DNA of 58,261 nucleotides from a virus (Duplodnaviria; Caudoviricetes): IMG/VR virus record IMGVR_UViG_3300032304_001710, positions 1 to 58,261 of that record; one strand, 5' to 3'. Shown piece by piece: positions 56,052 to 58,261 of this stretch (position 1 is its first letter; each line of letters starts with the position of its first letter). The notes under the pieces were generated by a model. It saw only the letters and a program-made list of their open reading frames with translations, ran no database searches and was not told where the DNA came from. The position numbers and the translations under genes were made by a program.

Positions 56052-57693
56052 ATGAGAATCCCCTGGTGCTCCCAGTACATTCCTCACAAGCCGTTTGCCA
56101 CTCAACTACAATTCCTCCTGCTCCCTCACTTAGACGCAATGTTTGGTGGGGCAGCAGGGGGAGGCGTTTAGCCCCCTGTTTTTTCTCTTCTCTCCAGAAA
56201 TAGGGAAGGGTCGGCAGGGGGCAACTGGTAAATCAGACGTTCTTTTGATGGGTGCTTTACAGTTCGCAGATACCCCTGGGTACTCTGCTTTGATTCTTCG
56301 TCGAACTCTAGTAGAGCTTAAACAAAATGAAGCACTACTAGATAGGGCTTCTCAATGGTTAAAAGGTGCTAAAGGTGCTCATTATTCTCCAGATGAGCAT
56401 ACGTATCAATTCGATACCACTTGGCCTGACGGTACACCAGGTCCTTATGCAAAACTTCAGTTCGGATATCTAGGCGATTACCGAGTAGAAGAACGCTACC
56501 AAGGGGCAGAGTTTCAATTTGTAGCTATTGATGAAGCTGGTCACTTTGAAAACGATCAAGCTCCTAGATACCTATTTTCACGTTTACGTAAAAAAGTATG
56601 TCCTAAGCACAAATTGAAAAAAGACCCTAAAAGCGAGGATATGATTCCTAATTACGTAGATAGCTGTAGTGTCTGTCAAATGTACAAATCCATACCTATT
56701 AGGTTTAGAATGTCTTGTAACCCAGGTGGTCCAGGGCATCTTTGGATAAAAAATAGGTATCAAATTGAAAAAGAACTTTATGATTCAGTTGACCATGAAA
56801 CTAAAGCAATATCTAAACGAGTTCGTTGGGTTGGTCGTAACCCAAACAAACCATTCGTTCCTTCATCATTACGAGATAATGAGTACATAGATCAAAGATC
56901 GTACCGTCAGTCTCTACAAGAACTAGATGAAGTACGTAGACTACAACTAGAGCATGGAGATTGGGATGCTTCTCCAGATTCTCGTTTTAGAATACGTGAT
57001 ATTAGGTTTTACAAGTCTAAAGGTGACTACTTCGTTATTAATGCTATAGGTCTTCATTACAAAGACTTGAAAAAAGTGTTCATGACTGCTGACTCTGCTG
57101 CAACTGTAAAAGAGGGGGTCATAGACCAAACAACAACCAAGAAAGGTATGTCTTATACGGTTTACTCTGTATGGGGGCTTACTCATGACTATAAGCTGTT
57201 ATGGCTTTACATGAAACGTCTACGTGATGAAATTCCAGAATGCGTTAAAGTATTACGTGATATCTACAAAGTTTGGAAACCTCAGTACGTAAAAATGGAA
57301 ACCAACGGTTTAGGTATTGGTCCAGCTCAGTTAGCAGCTAACTATGGTCTTAACGTAGTGCCAAATCCAAAATCTAAAGACAAAATTCAAAACTCTTTGA
57401 ACGCTCAGCTTAGGATGCGTAATCATCGTATTTACTTACCTGAAGAAGCTGTATGGCTAAAAGAATGTATGGATGAAGTGTTTACTTGGACAGGGCATCC
57501 AGGAATGACTGACGACATTGTTGACACACTCTCGGATGCGTGCAATGATGTAACGTGGGAAGGACAAAACCAAGACCCTATGTTCCAAGCTAACTCTGTG
57601 TCGGCAGACTCATTAAACGCTTACAATCCACAGCTACTTCAAATGAACCTTAACTACCCGAAATCATTTAACCAATCAGGCTTCTACTTCTAA
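56052..57693 (+). CDS. terL: Terminase large subunit, interrupted in Walker A by a 64-nt insert (segment 1 56052-56165, segment 2 56230-57693)
   Basis: GAGG RBS and ATG 56052 give MRIPWCSQYIPHKPFATQLQFLLLPHLDAMFGGAAGGG, then KSDVLL in the +1 frame; Walker B IDEA, NPGG, nuclease motifs ADSA and DDIVD. Confidence 0.85.
56166..56229 (+). other. 64-nt hairpin insert (candidate translational bypass element or mini-intron)
   Basis: GTT/AAC, GCCCCCTG/CAGGGGGC and CTCTTCTCT/AGGGAAGGG stems; in-frame TAG at 56169. Confidence 0.7.
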
Positions 57694-57703
57694 GGATTCA
57701 ACT

Positions 57704-58261
57704 ATGTTCTATCGGCTATTTACAACTGCTGTACTACTCTCTGCAATGCTGAATCAATTAGCTATCGCAGATTTAGAAGTTACAGTAACTAAAACACAAG
57801 TGCTTTATGGAGTAAAGAATGCGAAAGTTATTCAAAGTTTCGTAGTGTTTGACAACGAAGGAAGTAAACCAGAGTTTCAACCGGCAGCCTTCATAACTGT
57901 AGATACTAACTATAAGTTTATCAAAGTACGAGCTAAACAGAACTTGTTTGAAAGTACTGTAACTATCAAACTATCTGAAACTGAGTATATTTTACTTGGT
58001 AGTGGTAAGTATGCAATAGATGTAACTGTCTTTGATCCAGAACTCGGCATCGATGAAAAAACTTTGGTAGTAGACTTAGGTGACGTTGCTCCACCCACAC
58101 CAAACCCAGGACCTTCACCTAATCCAAATACCGTTCCAAATGACCAATTCAACAACATTGGCAAACGTACACAAGACTGGGCAAAATCCTTGGAAAAACG
58201 AAAAGAGCTTGGGACCTTGTATCGACAAGCCGCAAAACTCTTGACAGATTCCCCAATAGCT
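57704..58261 (+). CDS. N-terminal part of a secreted/envelope protein spanning the circular junction (signal peptide, Pro-rich linker; about 245 aa in total, ends at 303)
   Basis: ATG at 57704; MFYRLFTTAVLLSAMLNQLAIA signal-like N-terminus; PTPNPGPSPNP linker; open to the window end. Confidence 0.8.
   Translation, partial: MFYRLFTTAVLLSAMLNQLAIADLEVTVTKTQVLYGVKNAKVIQSFVVFDNEGSKPEFQPAAFITVDTNYKFIKVRAKQNLFESTVTIKLSETEYILLGSGKYAIDVTVFDPELGIDEKTLVVDLGDVAPPTPNPGPSPNPNTVPNDQFNNIGKRTQDWAKSLEKRKELGTLYRQAAKLLTDSPIA
58139..58261 (+). repeat. Terminal direct repeat, copy 2 (circular assembly overlap)
   Basis: Identical to 1-123; the ORF starting at 57704 continues in frame into 1..303. Confidence 0.95.

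Noticed and set aside
8061-56200. Polypyrimidine-CAG motifs as spliceosomal 3' splice sites
   Set aside because: The genome is a bacteriophage with continuous ORFs across these sites, and the motif ignores transcription direction.
56143-56229. Track start of TerL at TTG 56143
   Set aside because: It lacks the upstream Q-motif region and the canonical GGAAGGG half of Walker A, which are encoded from ATG 56052 with a clear RBS.
56166-56229. Group I/II intron or intein in terL
   Set aside because: 64 nt is far too short for a catalytic core, no U-before-splice-site/omega-G pair fits, and the length is not a multiple of three.
1-58261. Alternative genetic code or temperate integration module
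   Set aside because: ORFs are long and tightly packed in the standard code with all three stops used; no integrase, transposase or CI-like repressor was recognised.

Overview
This 58,261-nt window looks like a complete, circularly assembled tailed-phage genome. Positions 1-123 are repeated exactly at 58139-58261, and one ORF reads in frame across the join. The host is probably a Planctomycete, inferred from a csrA-like gene, a Planctomycete-style secreted protein and Cys-rich virion motifs. Modules: papain-like peptidase and membrane proteins plus a CarF/TMEM189-like lipid desaturase (0.3-2.7 kb); fibre-like proteins; Mu-like protease, decoration, capsid, neck and tail genes; a displaced portal; Cys-rich tail-tip proteins next to an Erv/ALR sulfhydryl oxidase; a replication block (PD-(D/E)XK nuclease, AAA recombinase, SSB, family A polymerase, primase-helicase, ParB-DUF4417); small early genes; a minus-strand operon headed by csrA; and the terminases. 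No integrase or repressor was recognised. The most striking feature is that the terminase large-subunit gene is split inside its Walker A motif by a 64-nt hairpin insert containing a stop codon. Skipping it exactly (GGC to GGT) restores GGAAGGGKS, which makes it a candidate for translational bypassing or a mini-intron. Other signals: a -1 frameshift tail chaperone, two tRNA-like mini RNAs without a normal anticodon arm, an 11-copy 19-bp regulatory box, twin regulatory cassettes with CTTGA-N4-TCAAG palindromes, about 20 strand-biased polypyrimidine-CCAG motifs, an ART-like domain in the tape-measure-like protein, and a PolA with a changed steric gate. All product calls come from motif recognition by eye; no database searches were run.
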